A DNA stretch of 64,000 nt. Origin: an uncultured Gemmatimonadales bacterium. Lineage in GTDB: Bacteria > Gemmatimonadota > Gemmatimonadetes > Gemmatimonadales > Gemmatimonadaceae. The position numbers and the translations under genes are program-made. Position 1 is the first letter of the stretch. The number at the start of each line of letters is the position of its first letter. Positions 44,422 to 54,637 of this stretch are shown piece by piece. Below the pieces are notes generated by a model that was not told where the DNA came from, searched no databases, and worked only from the letters and a program-made list of their open reading frames with translations. The stretch spans positions 3,488,001 through 3,552,000 of the forward strand of contig CAWKMU010000003.1 of NCBI GenBank assembly GCA_963850905.1, written 5' to 3'.

Positions 44422-45786
44422 TCAGCACAGGTCCACCGCAGTCTGCACCACTCGCTTATCGATCAAAGCCGGCCAGTACGCGACGACTTCCTCGACCTTG
44501 GGTCGACCACCCGCGAACCCCGTCACGCTCGGCGGGCCGTTGAGTACCAACGGCGCGATCTCCCGCGTGAACCGCTCGATGTCGACGCGGTTCGCCCCGC
44601 GCACGCCGACCCGCAGCTGCACCTCTGCGATGTCCCGATTCGGACGTCCCGCAAGCGCCCCATGCGTGGCGTCCACGCCGACGAATTCGGTCAGGATCTT
44701 GTCGAAGCGAAGGCCGAGGCGATCGAGCCGCTCGCGGAGCACACGATCGGCCATTTGGGCCTTCTCGACCGCTTCGGGCCACGCGTAAACGAGCGTGCCT
44801 ACCGCCTTGAACCCGGCGCGGTACGCGATGGACACCTTGAGCTTGTCAGTCGGCGGCCGACCGGTGATGCCGTGGACGCGCACGCGATTGGGACCGTCCA
44901 CCGCGAGCTGAATCGAGGTGAAATCGGCAATGACGTCTGGCGTGATATACGAGCGCGGATCCCCCATCTCGTACACCAGCTGCTCGGTCACTGACTGGAC
45001 CGACACGATACCGCCGGTGCCTGGATGCTTCGTCACGACGAACGTGCCATCGCCGGTGGCCTCGATGATCGGGTAGCCCACGTCCCCGAGATCGGGAATC
45101 GTGCGCCAGTCATAGAGGCAGTTGCCCCCGGAGCATTGGGCGCCGCACTCGATGATGTGACCCGCCACAATGCCCGCCGCCAGCTGGTTGTACGCGTCCG
45201 CGCCCCACGCGAACTCATGTCGGAGCGGCGCCATCGTGAGCGCCGTGTCGGTCGATCGTCCCGTCACGACTACGTTGGCACCGCGCCCAAGCGCCTCGAC
45301 GATGGGCGTCGAGCCGATGTATGCGTTCGCGGACAGCACGCGGTCCCGCACCGTCGAAAGCGGCTCGCCCGTGTCCATGTTGGCGAGCGCGTGGCCGGAC
45401 GCGAGAAGCTCGTCCAGCCGCGGGAGTAAATCATCGCCAGTGACCACGCCGATCCGGAGCGCCGCATCCGCACCCCGACTCCGCGCAAGAGCTCGCACGG
45501 CGCGCGCGCACCCCTGCGGATTCACGCCGCCGGCGTTCGCCACGACCCGGACACCGCGCTCCGCGACCGCGCCGAGGATGCTGTCCATGGCACCGATGAA
45601 GTCGCGCGCGTATCCCAACGCCGGATCTCGTTCTTTCTGCTTCTGGAGGATCGACATCGTGACTTCGGCGAGGTAGTCCATCATCAGGTAATCGATGGGT
45701 CCTCCCTCGACCTGACGGCGCGGGGCTTCTAGCCAATCGCCCCAGAAGCCTTGTCCACTCGCGACGCGGACGACGCGTGCAGTCAT
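44422..45786 (-). CDS. Acyclic terpene utilization AtuA family protein (DUF1446)
   Basis: [46 protein letters not shown]. Confidence 0.9.
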   Translation of the reverse strand: MTARVVRVASGQGFWGDWLEAPRRQVEGGPIDYLMMDYLAEVTMSILQKQKERDPALGYARDFIGAMDSILGAVAERGVRVVANAGGVNPQGCARAVRALARSRGADAALRIGVVTGDDLLPRLDELLASGHALANMDTGEPLSTVRDRVLSANAYIGSTPIVEALGRGANVVVTGRSTDTALTMAPLRHEFAWGADAYNQLAAGIVAGHIIECGAQCSGGNCLYDWRTIPDLGDVGYPIIEATGDGTFVVTKHPGTGGIVSVQSVTEQLVYEMGDPRSYITPDVIADFTSIQLAVDGPNRVRVHGITGRPPTDKLKVSIAYRAGFKAVGTLVYAWPEAVEKAQMADRVLRERLDRLGLRFDKILTEFVGVDATHGALAGRPNRDIAEVQLRVGVRGANRVDIERFTREIAPLVLNGPPSVTGFAGGRPKVEEVVAYWPALIDKRVVQTAVDLC

Positions 45787-47510
45787 GATCCGGCGCCCGA
45801 GCCCGACACCCGCCCCGCATCACCTGTCAGTCCGCTCGGGAGCACGAACGCCCCGAGATGCGGGCCGGGATTGCACGCTGCCGTGCGGAGCGCCGTCGCC
45901 AGGACCTCTCGAGTCTCCTCCGGGTAGATGATCGCATCGACGAATCCCCGAGCGGCGGCGTAGCGCGCGTCGAGTTGCGTCTCATATTCGGCTCGCATGG
46001 CGTCGACGGCTGTCTCCACGTCTGCACTGACGGGCCGCTTGCCAGCGCGAGCCGCGGCGAGCGCGGGACCATGCACCGCCTGCACCGCTGACTCGCCCTC
46101 CATCACCCCCATGCGACCGGTGGGCCACGTGAAGATGAAGTCCGGATCGAACCCCTGGCCCGCCATGGCGTAATACCCTGCGCCGGACGCGTGATTGATC
46201 GTGAGCACGATCTTGGGCACTCGCGCGGTCGCCATCGCCTCGACCCAGTGCGCGCCCGCTCGGATGATGCCAGCCTGTTCGGCCTCGGGTCCGACCATGA
46301 AACCGGACACGTCCTGCACGAACACCAGCGGGATGCCTTGCCGATCACAGCGCTCGATGTAGTACGCGACTTTCTCAGCGCTCTCGGCGTAGATGATGCC
46401 GCCAAATCGCGGCTTCTCGCCCTGGAGTCCCTTGATCAGCCCGCGTTGGTTGGCAATTACACCGACAGTCATGCCGGCGATGGCACCGTCTCCGCAGATG
46501 ATCTCGCGCGCGCGATGCTCCTGAAACTCGTCGAGCGCACCCCCGTCGAGCACGACACGGAGCACGGCGTGCATGTCGTACGACATGCGGTGGTCCGCCG
46601 GGAGGAGGTCGTAGAGCGCCTCGCTGTCACTCGCGCTGCCTCTGCCGACCGACTCGAGTCGCGCCTCGGTTGGGGTGCGGGGGAGTCGCCCCACGAGGGC
46701 GCGCAGCTGGGCGAGACACGCCGGGTCGTCGTCGACCGCGTAGTGCGCCACGCCGCTGACCTCGGCGTGCATGGTCGCACCGCCGAGCGTTTCGGAGTCC
46801 ACGCTCTGGCCCGTGGCACCCTTCACGAGGTTGGGGCCGCCAAGGCCCATGAAGGAGGTGCCTTTCACCATCACGATCACATCGGACAGCGCTGGTAGGT
46901 ACGCCCCGCCGGCAATGCACTGCCCCATGACCGCGGCAAACTGCGGCACCCGCAGATATCGCCGCATGATGGAGTTGTAGTAGAAGATGCGCGCGGCGCC
47001 GTATTGCCCGGGAAACACCCCACCCTGATACGGGAGGTTCACGCCCGCCGAATCGACGAGGTAGACGATCGGCACGCGGCATCGCATGGCGATCTCCTGG
47101 GCGCGCAGAATCTTTCGAATGGTCTCGGGCCACCACGATCCGGCCTTGACGGTCGCGTCGTTGGCGACGACCACGACATCGCGGCCATGGATGAGACCAA
47201 GTCCAGTGACCACGCCGGCCGCTGGCGCCTGACCGTCGTATTGGTCGTACGCGACGAGCAACCCGATCTCGAGGAAGCGCGCGCCGGGATCACAGAGCTG
47301 AGTGATGCGCTCGCGCGCGGTGAGCTTGCCTTGCGCGTGCTGGCGTTCGATCCGCTCTGGGCCACCACCCTGTCGGAGACGCGCCTCCAACGCCCGGAGC
47401 TCGTCGCTCAACCGGCGCAACCGGCTTCCGCTCTCCGATGGCGCGCCGCCCGTGTGACGCGTGGCGCGGTGCCCATCCCCCGTCGCCGGGGCGCGGTGCC
47501 CAGCCGTCAC
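45783..47510 (-). CDS. Acyl-CoA carboxylase carboxyltransferase (beta) subunit, MccB-like
   Basis: [38 protein letters not shown]. Confidence 0.92.
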   Translation of the reverse strand: MTAGHRAPATGDGHRATRHTGGAPSESGSRLRRLSDELRALEARLRQGGGPERIERQHAQGKLTARERITQLCDPGARFLEIGLLVAYDQYDGQAPAAGVVTGLGLIHGRDVVVVANDATVKAGSWWPETIRKILRAQEIAMRCRVPIVYLVDSAGVNLPYQGGVFPGQYGAARIFYYNSIMRRYLRVPQFAAVMGQCIAGGAYLPALSDVIVMVKGTSFMGLGGPNLVKGATGQSVDSETLGGATMHAEVSGVAHYAVDDDPACLAQLRALVGRLPRTPTEARLESVGRGSASDSEALYDLLPADHRMSYDMHAVLRVVLDGGALDEFQEHRAREIICGDGAIAGMTVGVIANQRGLIKGLQGEKPRFGGIIYAESAEKVAYYIERCDRQGIPLVFVQDVSGFMVGPEAEQAGIIRAGAHWVEAMATARVPKIVLTINHASGAGYYAMAGQGFDPDFIFTWPTGRMGVMEGESAVQAVHGPALAAARAGKRPVSADVETAVDAMRAEYETQLDARYAAARGFVDAIIYPEETREVLATALRTAACNPGPHLGAFVLPSGLTGDAGRVSGSGAGS

Positions 47511-47926
47511 GCCTCCTGCCGCTGCCGTTGCGCGAACCACTCCTGGATGTAGTTCACGAGGTCCGATGTCGGTGTGCCGGGCCCGAAGAGCTTCCCCACC
47601 CCCTGGGCCTGGAGCGCATCCATGTCTTCCTGCGGGATGATGCCGCCCCCCGTCAACAACACGTCGTCACGCCCCTGGTCCCGCAGCAGCTGCAGCACCC
47701 GGGGGAAGAGCGTCATATGGGCGCCGCTCAGAATCGAGAGCCCCACGACGTCGGCATCCTCCTGCACCGCTGCCGTCGCGATCATCTCGGGGGTTTGGTG
47801 CAGGCCGGTGTAGATCACCTCCATGCCGGCATCGCGCAGTGCCGCCGCGACGACCTTTGCACCGCGATCATGGCCATCGAGCCCCGGCTTGGCGACGAGC
47901 ACGCGAATCGGACGCAAGTCAGTCAT
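47507..47926 (-). CDS. Cobalamin-binding small subunit of acyl-CoA mutase
   Basis: [12 protein letters not shown] (DxHxxG), SILSGAH, GGGII. Confidence 0.95.
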   Translation of the reverse strand: MTDLRPIRVLVAKPGLDGHDRGAKVVAAALRDAGMEVIYTGLHQTPEMIATAAVQEDADVVGLSILSGAHMTLFPRVLQLLRDQGRDDVLLTGGGIIPQEDMDALQAQGVGKLFGPGTPTSDLVNYIQEWFAQRQRQEA

Positions 47927-48025
47927 GGATACAGCGTGAGAGGATGACATCATACAGCCTATCATTTTACCCGAATCTCAGCACCCGGGGCAACGCCGCG
48001 CTGCCCAGTAATTCGCTGGCTCGTC

Positions 48026-48059
48026 GTTCCCAGACCCCAAACCCCAGACCCCAGACCCC
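48026..48059 (-). repeat. (GGGGTYT)4-GGGAAC heptamer tract
   Basis: Four ARACCCC units at 48032-48059 on the plus strand, 2 nt after the methyltransferase stop. Confidence 0.9.
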
Positions 48060-48061
48060 TG

Positions 48062-48832
48062 TTATTGACCCTTCCGCGCAACGAGCAGCATCTCGCCGGC
48101 GCGGCGCGTCAAGGGGCGGTCCGTCCACCCGGAAAACGCCTCCTCGACGATCAGGCCGACGTCGGCCATCAGCTCGGCCAGACGGCTCGCCGTGTACAAC
48201 CGCAAGCGATAAGACCGCTCGCCCACACCCGCAGGGCCACGCCACACCGTATCGACCGTCAGGACGCCGGACAATGGATCGAATCGGCGCCGGTGCCCGA
48301 TCAATGCGCCGTCCGACGTCGGCCACCAATCTCGTGACAGGAAGCGAGCCATCACCCCATCGCGATTGGCGCCGTGCCACACGAGCGTGCCACCGGGTAC
48401 GAGCACCCGCGCAAACTCCGCCAGCGTGCGCGCGTCATCCGCCGGGCGCATGAAGAATCCAAACGACGTCGCAACGTTGACGACCGCGTCGAACCGGCCT
48501 GTCCATTCTCGGGGCAGCGCGCGCATGTCACCTCGCCGATACCGGAGCGTTCGTCGCTCACGTGCCGGGATGGCGGATCGGGCGTGCCGCAGCAAATGCA
48601 TCGAGTAGTCCAGCCCGTCGACCTGGTAGCCGGCGTCCGCCATCAACGCGGCATGCCGGCCCTGCCCGCACGGGACGTCGAGGATGCGCGCGCCCACGGG
48701 CGCTTGCAGTACCTCGAGGATCCGGCCAACATCTCGGCGCGCAGCCCGCGCGCTGAGCATGGGTTCGTGTTCGATCAGGTAGTGAGCGTCGAAATACGAC
48801 GCCCACCACTCGGGCGAGGATCCGGATCTCAG
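48062..48832 (-). CDS. Class I SAM-dependent methyltransferase
   Basis: WWASYFD, ILDVPCGQGRH, GLDYS, GDMR, SFGFF. Start uncertain (CTG 48832 or ATG 48760). Confidence 0.85.
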   Translation of the reverse strand: MRSGSSPEWWASYFDAHYLIEHEPMLSARAARRDVGRILEVLQAPVGARILDVPCGQGRHAALMADAGYQVDGLDYSMHLLRHARSAIPARERRTLRYRRGDMRALPREWTGRFDAVVNVATSFGFFMRPADDARTLAEFARVLVPGGTLVWHGANRDGVMARFLSRDWWPTSDGALIGHRRRFDPLSGVLTVDTVWRGPAGVGERSYRLRLYTASRLAELMADVGLIVEEAFSGWTDRPLTRRAGEMLLVARKGQ

Positions 48833-50541
48833 AAGAACACGGGCTCGCGGTACGCCCCGAACACCGATTCCATCGCCGCCCGAATCTCGAAGAGGGTACA
48901 GTAAGCGCGCGCTGCCTCGAGAATCGCGGGGAACACGTTGCGCTCGGTTGCCGCCGTCTCGCGGAGCTGCACGAGCGCGGCCTCCGCCCGACGGCTGTCG
49001 CGCGTCGCGCGCAAGTGAGCCAATCGCTGGTGCTGCTGGACCGCGGCTTCTTCTCCGACCCTGAGCAGCGGGATCTGATCGGCGTCCTGTTCGTTCGTGA
49101 CGAACGCGTTCACCCCGACCGTGAGGCGGCGCTCCTGCTCTTGCTCCCACTGCTGCCGGAACGCGGCGTCGGAGATCTTCCGCTGGAACCAGCCGTTCTG
49201 CAGCGCCGTCACGACCCCGCCCTGACGCTCGATCTCCTCGAAGAGCGCCTCCGCGTCTCGCTCGAGCTGATCGGTCAGGGCTTCGACGTAGTAGGACCCG
49301 CCGAGCGGGTCGAGCACGTTGGCGACGCCCGTCTCGTACGCGAGGATCTGTTGCGTCCGGAGCGCCACCTGCACAGCCGCCTCGGTCGGCAACGCCAGCG
49401 TCTCGTCCATCGAGTTCGTGTGGAGCGACTGCGTGCCTCCGAGCACCGCAGCGAGAGCCTGGTAGGCGACGCGCGCGATGTTGTTCATCGGTTGCTGCGC
49501 CGTGAGCGTGACGCCAGCCGTCTGCGAGTGGAACCGCATCATCCACGAGCGTGGATCCTGCGCGCCATATCGCTCGCGCAGATGGCGCGCCCAGATGCGG
49601 CGCGCAGCGCGGAGCTTGGCGATCTCCTCGAAGAAATCGTTGTGGATGTCCCAGAAGAACGAGAGCTGCCCTGCAAACACATCGACCGGTAGCCCCCGCC
49701 CCACCCCACGCTCCACGTACGTGAAGCCGTTCGCGAGGGTGAATGCCAGTTCCTGCGCTGCCGTCGCTCCCGCCTCCCGGATGTGGTAGCCCGAGATCGA
49801 GATCGTATTCCACTTCGGCGCGTGCTCTGCCGCCCACGCAAACACGTCGACGATCAGGCGCAGGCCCGGCTCGACCGGGTAGATCCACGCGTGCTGCGCC
49901 ATGTACTCCTTCAGAATGTCGTTCTGGATCGTGCCCCGAAGCCGCTCAGACGGCACGCCCTGCTTCTCCGCAGCCGCGACATAGAACGCGAACAGGATGA
50001 TGGCCGGCCCATTGATCGTCATCGACGTCGACACTTCGCCGAGCGGGATGCCGTCGAAGAGGGTCTCCATGTCGGCGAGACTCGAGATCGCCACGCCACA
50101 CTTTCCGACCTCGCCCTCGGACCGCGGATGGTCCGAGTCGTAGCCCATGAGTGTCGGGAAATCGAAGGCCACCGAGAGACCCGTCTGGCCATGCGCCAGA
50201 AGGAACTTGTAGCGGGCGTTCGTGTCCTGGGCACCGCCGAAGCCAGCGAACTGGCGCATCGTCCACAACCGGCCCCGATAGCCGGTGGCGTGGATGCCGC
50301 GCGTATATGGGTAGCTCCCCGGGACACCGAGCGACTCGAGATCCGCCGCGCCATCGAGCGGGGTGTACAGCGGCTCGACCTCGCCGACCGAGTTGGCGAA
50401 TGCGATCGGCCGCAGCTCGCCCGCTGCATACCGCGCACGCCACATCTCGACCTCGGCGCGTAATCGCTCCAGCTCGTCCGAGCCCTCTGCGCCATTCGGG
50501 CCGGCGCCCACTGGCCCGCGAGCATCACGGATCGACGTCAT
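48829..50541 (-). CDS. B12-dependent acyl-CoA mutase large subunit (isobutyryl-CoA-mutase-like)
   Basis: YPYTRG, WTMRQFAGF, QNDILKEYMAQ, SISGYHIREAG, GGTQSLHTN. Confidence 0.93.
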   Translation of the reverse strand: MTSIRDARGPVGAGPNGAEGSDELERLRAEVEMWRARYAAGELRPIAFANSVGEVEPLYTPLDGAADLESLGVPGSYPYTRGIHATGYRGRLWTMRQFAGFGGAQDTNARYKFLLAHGQTGLSVAFDFPTLMGYDSDHPRSEGEVGKCGVAISSLADMETLFDGIPLGEVSTSMTINGPAIILFAFYVAAAEKQGVPSERLRGTIQNDILKEYMAQHAWIYPVEPGLRLIVDVFAWAAEHAPKWNTISISGYHIREAGATAAQELAFTLANGFTYVERGVGRGLPVDVFAGQLSFFWDIHNDFFEEIAKLRAARRIWARHLRERYGAQDPRSWMMRFHSQTAGVTLTAQQPMNNIARVAYQALAAVLGGTQSLHTNSMDETLALPTEAAVQVALRTQQILAYETGVANVLDPLGGSYYVEALTDQLERDAEALFEEIERQGGVVTALQNGWFQRKISDAAFRQQWEQEQERRLTVGVNAFVTNEQDADQIPLLRVGEEAAVQQHQRLAHLRATRDSRRAEAALVQLRETAATERNVFPAILEAARAYCTLFEIRAAMESVFGAYREPVFF

Positions 50542-51652
50542 GTGGTCTCCCGGTCAGCAGCGCCGCGCTCCGTGTCAAGAGCGCGTCCGCCACATCGTAT
50601 GGTGTCGTGCGTCCCGATTCCAGCGCCGGCAGCTGTGCATCAAGCCAGGCCGCCGTAATCCGATCGGACCAGAGCCGGTCCCGAACCTTCTGGTGCACGA
50701 CGTCCTTTACGCGTTCACGCAACCGCGCACGCCGGCGGTCGGTCAGCAGACCCGTCGACGAAAGATACTCGTAATGGCGATCGAGCGCCGTCGCCAGATC
50801 GCCGATCCCTGTACCGGCCGTCGCGACCACCGTCAACACGGGCGGAATCCAGTGACCCGCGCCGTCGTCGCCCGCGGGGCTGCCCCGATCCTTGGCGTCG
50901 AGCGCGTGGGCCCGCGCGCTGGGCACCGGGGCCCCCGGCGCCGTCGCGCTCGCGCCAGCCGGCGCGGCTGCCCGCGCGCGCAGCCTGAGCATGATCTGCA
51001 CCTCGGTCCGCAACCGGTCTGCGCCGGGGCGATCCGCCTTGTTGATGACGAAGACATCGGCGATCTCCATGAGCCCGGCCTTGAGCGTCTGAATCGAGTC
51101 GCCTGACTCCGGCACGAGCACGACGACGCAGGTATCGACCGTCCGGGCGACATCGAGCTCGCTCTGACCAACCCCGACGGTCTCCACAATCAGACGGTCG
51201 AACCCAAACGCATCCAGCACGTCCGCGGCTTCGCGCGTCGCCGCCGACAGGCCGCCAAGCGCGCCACGCGTGGCCAGAGACCTGATGTAGACGCCCGGAT
51301 CGAGCGCCACGGACTCCATGCGGATCCGATCGCCCAGCAGCGCGCCACCGCTGAATGGCGACGTCGGATCGACCGCGATGACGCCGACGGTCAACCCCTG
51401 AGCACGATAACTCTGCACGAGTTGCGAGGTGAGCGTGCTCTTCCCCGCGCCCGGCGGCCCGGTGATGCCGATGCGCCGCGCGCGACCCGTTCGCTCGTGC
51501 AGCGCGCTGAGGACGTTGTCGAAGCCCGCACGATGGTTTTCGACGATGCTGATAACGCGCGCCAGCGCCGCTGGCTGCCGGGCCGCAAACGCTTCGAGCA
51601 GGCGCGCGGATGCGGCATCTCGACTGACCACGGGCGGTGTCACGGCGCTCAA
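50525..51652 (-). CDS. meaB: Mutase-associated GTPase
   Basis: GPPGAGKST, DPTSPFSGGALLGDRIRM, ETVGVGQSE, NKAD. Confidence 0.93.
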   Translation of the reverse strand: MSAVTPPVVSRDAASARLLEAFAARQPAALARVISIVENHRAGFDNVLSALHERTGRARRIGITGPPGAGKSTLTSQLVQSYRAQGLTVGVIAVDPTSPFSGGALLGDRIRMESVALDPGVYIRSLATRGALGGLSAATREAADVLDAFGFDRLIVETVGVGQSELDVARTVDTCVVVLVPESGDSIQTLKAGLMEIADVFVINKADRPGADRLRTEVQIMLRLRARAAAPAGASATAPGAPVPSARAHALDAKDRGSPAGDDGAGHWIPPVLTVVATAGTGIGDLATALDRHYEYLSSTGLLTDRRRARLRERVKDVVHQKVRDRLWSDRITAAWLDAQLPALESGRTTPYDVADALLTRSAALLTGRPHDVDP

Positions 51653-52197
51653 GAGGCGCCCCGCAACCGCCGTTCGTCGCCTTTCGCCCTTCGCCTGTCG
51701 TCTCTCTCGCCCGCGCGCCGACCCCTGCTGAAGCGGCGAACCAGACTTTCCTGGCGGGACCACATTGGAGAGGCGGTGCGAGCCACGCCCGCCGCGTGGT
51801 CGTAGCCGATCACGTGCAACAGTCCGTGGACGACCAGTCTCGTGAGCTCCTCCCGAATCCCCACACCCCAGCGGGCGGCGTTCCGCCTGGCGACGGACGG
51901 CGCGACGTAGACATCACCCACCAACCCGTCGCCGTGCCCCGCGCGCCGCCCACTACTGTGCCGAGATGGCGTACGCACCCGGCGCGGCGCGAAGGCAAAC
52001 GCGATGACATCGGTCGAACCGTGATGGCCCAGGTGCCGCCGGTTGAGCCGCGCGATTGCGTGCGGCGTGACGAAGGCGATCGACACGAGAGCGTCCCGGA
52101 CCCCTTCCGCCCGCAAGACGCCATGCGCGAGTCGGCGTACACGTTCAAGGGCGATGGGTACCCGGACGCTCTCGGCTCCCACCGCGACGGAGAGCAC
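51649..52197 (-). CDS. ybeY: rRNA maturation endoribonuclease YbeY
   Basis: TDVIAF, GDVYV, HGLLHVIGYDH. Confidence 0.9.
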   Translation of the reverse strand: MLSVAVGAESVRVPIALERVRRLAHGVLRAEGVRDALVSIAFVTPHAIARLNRRHLGHHGSTDVIAFAFAPRRVRTPSRHSSGRRAGHGDGLVGDVYVAPSVARRNAARWGVGIREELTRLVVHGLLHVIGYDHAAGVARTASPMWSRQESLVRRFSRGRRAGERDDRRRAKGDERRLRGAS

Positions 52198-52200
52198 GCA

Positions 52201-53646
52201 TCACGCCGGCGTAGCCGACGCGAACTCGGCGGTGATGCCGCCACTCGCCGAGGGGTAATCGATGCGATGGTGGTACATGCCAATCAATACCCGGGCAAAC
52301 TCCTCCTTCACGACCTCGAGCTGCTTGAGCGTCAGCGGTGCCTCACGCAGCTGCCCTTGTTCGATCCGTTGGCGAACGATGTACTCGATCACTTCGCGGA
52401 TTTTCTGGGGATTCGGGTCGTTCAGGACGTGCGCGGAGGCCTCGACTCCATCGGCCAGCATGCAAATGGCGGTCTCCGCCGTCTGCGGCACCGGCCCCGG
52501 ATAGGAGAACTGCGCCGCGTCGATGACGCCGCCGTCACGCTCTCGCGCCTTCTCATAGAAGTACGTGATCCGGCCGGTGCCATGGTGCTCAGTGATGAAG
52601 GCACACAAGGCAGCCGGGAGGCGATGCTCGCCGGCGAGCTCGATGCCCGCGCAGACGTGATTGCGGATGATCGCTGCGCTCGCCGTTGGCTTCAGCTTGT
52701 CGTGTGGGTTGCGTCCCCGCGGCTGATTCTCGACGAAGTACTCTGGCTTCGTGAGCTTGCCGATGTCGTGGTAATACGCTCCGACGCGCGAGAGCAGCCC
52801 GTTGGCGCCGATCGCGGTGCAAGCGGCCTCCGCGAGATTCGCGATGCGCATGGTATGCGCAAACGTGCCGGGCGCCTCGATGCTCAGCCGGCGCATCAGT
52901 GGCCGGTTGAGGTCCGACCACTCGAGCAGCTTGAGGTAGGTGTCGACGCCAGCGAACTCCTCGAGCGGGGGCAGGAACATGAGCGCCAGCGCCACGGACA
53001 CAACGGAGTTCGTCGCGCCCCAGATCACATGCCATCCGACCGAAACGTCGGACGCCCCGGTCGAGAGCCCGATCGCCACCTCCGCGAGCGCGTAGGCCGC
53101 GGCGGTGACGAGAATCGAGTAGAACACCTGGTCGCGCCGGCGGATCACGCGGACGCTGAAGGAGGCAGCGACGCCGACCACGAGGAACAGGAACAGCGCG
53201 GGCGTGCCGAGATACGGCGGCTGGATGCCAATCAGCGCCGCCAGCACCAGCGACGCAAACACGCTGACTCGCGAGTCGAACAGCACGCTGAACAGCACCC
53301 CGGCAAACGCGATCGGCACGAATTCCGGCGTCGGCGTGCCGCGCGCTGCCACGGCAGCTGCCGCAAGGATGATCAGGAACACGCCGGCCACCAGCAGGAC
53401 CGTGCGCAGGGACCGGTACAGGCTGGGCCGGAAAAACGCCAGGGTCAGCCCGCACACGCCGAGGATCAGGGCGTTCGTGAGTACCGCGCCAGCGGCAGCC
53501 GCGACTCCGCCGTGCAACCGACCAAACAGGAGGGCACACAGCACCGCGACGATCACGAGCACGAGCCAACGGGCGAGGTGTGCGACGACCACGGCCCCGA
53601 GCGGCGCGCCAGGAACCAGGCGGTCGATGTGCCGCCACCAGGTCAC
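52201..53646 (-). CDS. Membrane HD phosphohydrolase (7TM-HD, PgpH/YqfF-like)
   Basis: Multiple TMs then APGTFAH, YYHDIGK, ENQ, HHGT, YPGP.P, LADGVEA; lies between phoH and ybeY. Start uncertain. Confidence 0.88.
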   Translation of the reverse strand: MTWWRHIDRLVPGAPLGAVVVAHLARWLVLVIVAVLCALLFGRLHGGVAAAAGAVLTNALILGVCGLTLAFFRPSLYRSLRTVLLVAGVFLIILAAAAVAARGTPTPEFVPIAFAGVLFSVLFDSRVSVFASLVLAALIGIQPPYLGTPALFLFLVVGVAASFSVRVIRRRDQVFYSILVTAAAYALAEVAIGLSTGASDVSVGWHVIWGATNSVVSVALALMFLPPLEEFAGVDTYLKLLEWSDLNRPLMRRLSIEAPGTFAHTMRIANLAEAACTAIGANGLLSRVGAYYHDIGKLTKPEYFVENQPRGRNPHDKLKPTASAAIIRNHVCAGIELAGEHRLPAALCAFITEHHGTGRITYFYEKARERDGGVIDAAQFSYPGPVPQTAETAICMLADGVEASAHVLNDPNPQKIREVIEYIVRQRIEQGQLREAPLTLKQLEVVKEEFARVLIGMYHHRIDYPSASGGITAEFASATPA

Positions 53647-53674
53647 CGCGTGGCCGTCTTCCTCAGCGCGGATC

Positions 53675-54637
53675 TCAGGCGCCGGCGTCGTAGGCGTAGG
53701 CTCGAATGATGTCGCGGACGAGTCGGTGTCGGACGACGTCGGTCTCGTCAAAATAGTGGAAGGCAATCCCATCGATTCCAGACAAGATACGCTCGATCTG
53801 CATAAGCCCCGATTCTTCTCGGCGGGGCAAATCGATCTGCGTCTTGTCTCCTGTGATGACAATTTTTGAATTCACGCCGAGCCGCGTCAGGAACATCTTC
53901 ATTTGCAACGTCGTCGCGTTCTGTGCTTCGTCAAGGATGACGAACGCGTCCGCCAGTGTCCGGCCGCGCATGAACGCCAACGGCGCGATCTCGATAGTAC
54001 GAGTCTCGAGTGCGCGTTGGATTCGCTCCGGTGGCATCATCGCGTCCAACGCATCGTACAGCGGACGGAGGTACGGATCGACCTTCGCCTGCATGTCGCC
54101 CGGGAGGAACCCCAGGCTCTCACCAGCCTCGACGGCCGGCCGCGCCAGCACGATCCGCCGCACGCGCTTGCGGACGAGCGCGTCGACCCCGGCCGCCACC
54201 GCCAGGTACGTCTTGCCAGTCCCGGCCGGCCCGATACCGACGACGATGTCGGTGTCTACGATCTTCGCCAGATACTCCGCCTGCCCGGGCGTCTTCGGCA
54301 CGATCACCTTCCGCACGCCAGGCAATGCGATCCGCAGGCCTTCCCCGTTCTCCGAGCCGTTCGACGGGCCGCGCCCCTCGCCTTCGTGCAGGCGCAGCAC
54401 ATCGTCGGGCGTGACCGCCTCACGCTGGCGAGCCAGTTCGATCATCCGATTCGCCACCGCCACGGCCCGATCGACCGAATCAGCCGGGCCGCTGACGGAC
54501 AACTGGTCATCGCGCAGGGCGACCCGCGCGCCCGACAGGCGCGCGAGCTCGACGAGATTCGCGTCGTTCACGCCCGCAAGCGTGAGGAGATCGGCGCCCT
54601 CGGTCGACAACCGCTGCGTCACGGCCGCATTAGTCAC
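53675..54637 (-). CDS. phoH: PhoH family ATPase
   Basis: GPAGTGKT, RPAVEAGE.LGFLPG, MRGRT, DEAQN. Confidence 0.93.
   Translation of the reverse strand: MTNAAVTQRLSTEGADLLTLAGVNDANLVELARLSGARVALRDDQLSVSGPADSVDRAVAVANRMIELARQREAVTPDDVLRLHEGEGRGPSNGSENGEGLRIALPGVRKVIVPKTPGQAEYLAKIVDTDIVVGIGPAGTGKTYLAVAAGVDALVRKRVRRIVLARPAVEAGESLGFLPGDMQAKVDPYLRPLYDALDAMMPPERIQRALETRTIEIAPLAFMRGRTLADAFVILDEAQNATTLQMKMFLTRLGVNSKIVITGDKTQIDLPRREESGLMQIERILSGIDGIAFHYFDETDVVRHRLVRDIIRAYAYDAGA

Noticed and set aside
42766..44994. Long plus-strand ORF of 742 aa (likewise 51637-53709, 24029-25153, 28558-29799)
   Set aside because: Antisense shadows of well-supported genes in high-GC DNA, with no motifs.
31539..48059. 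Repeats as a CRISPR array
   Set aside because: They are 7-bp tandem units and dispersed hairpins with no repeat-spacer periodicity, and no cas genes are present.
48062..49888. 608-aa methyltransferase with a long N-terminal extension
   Set aside because: The extension is an alternative frame inside the mutase gene.
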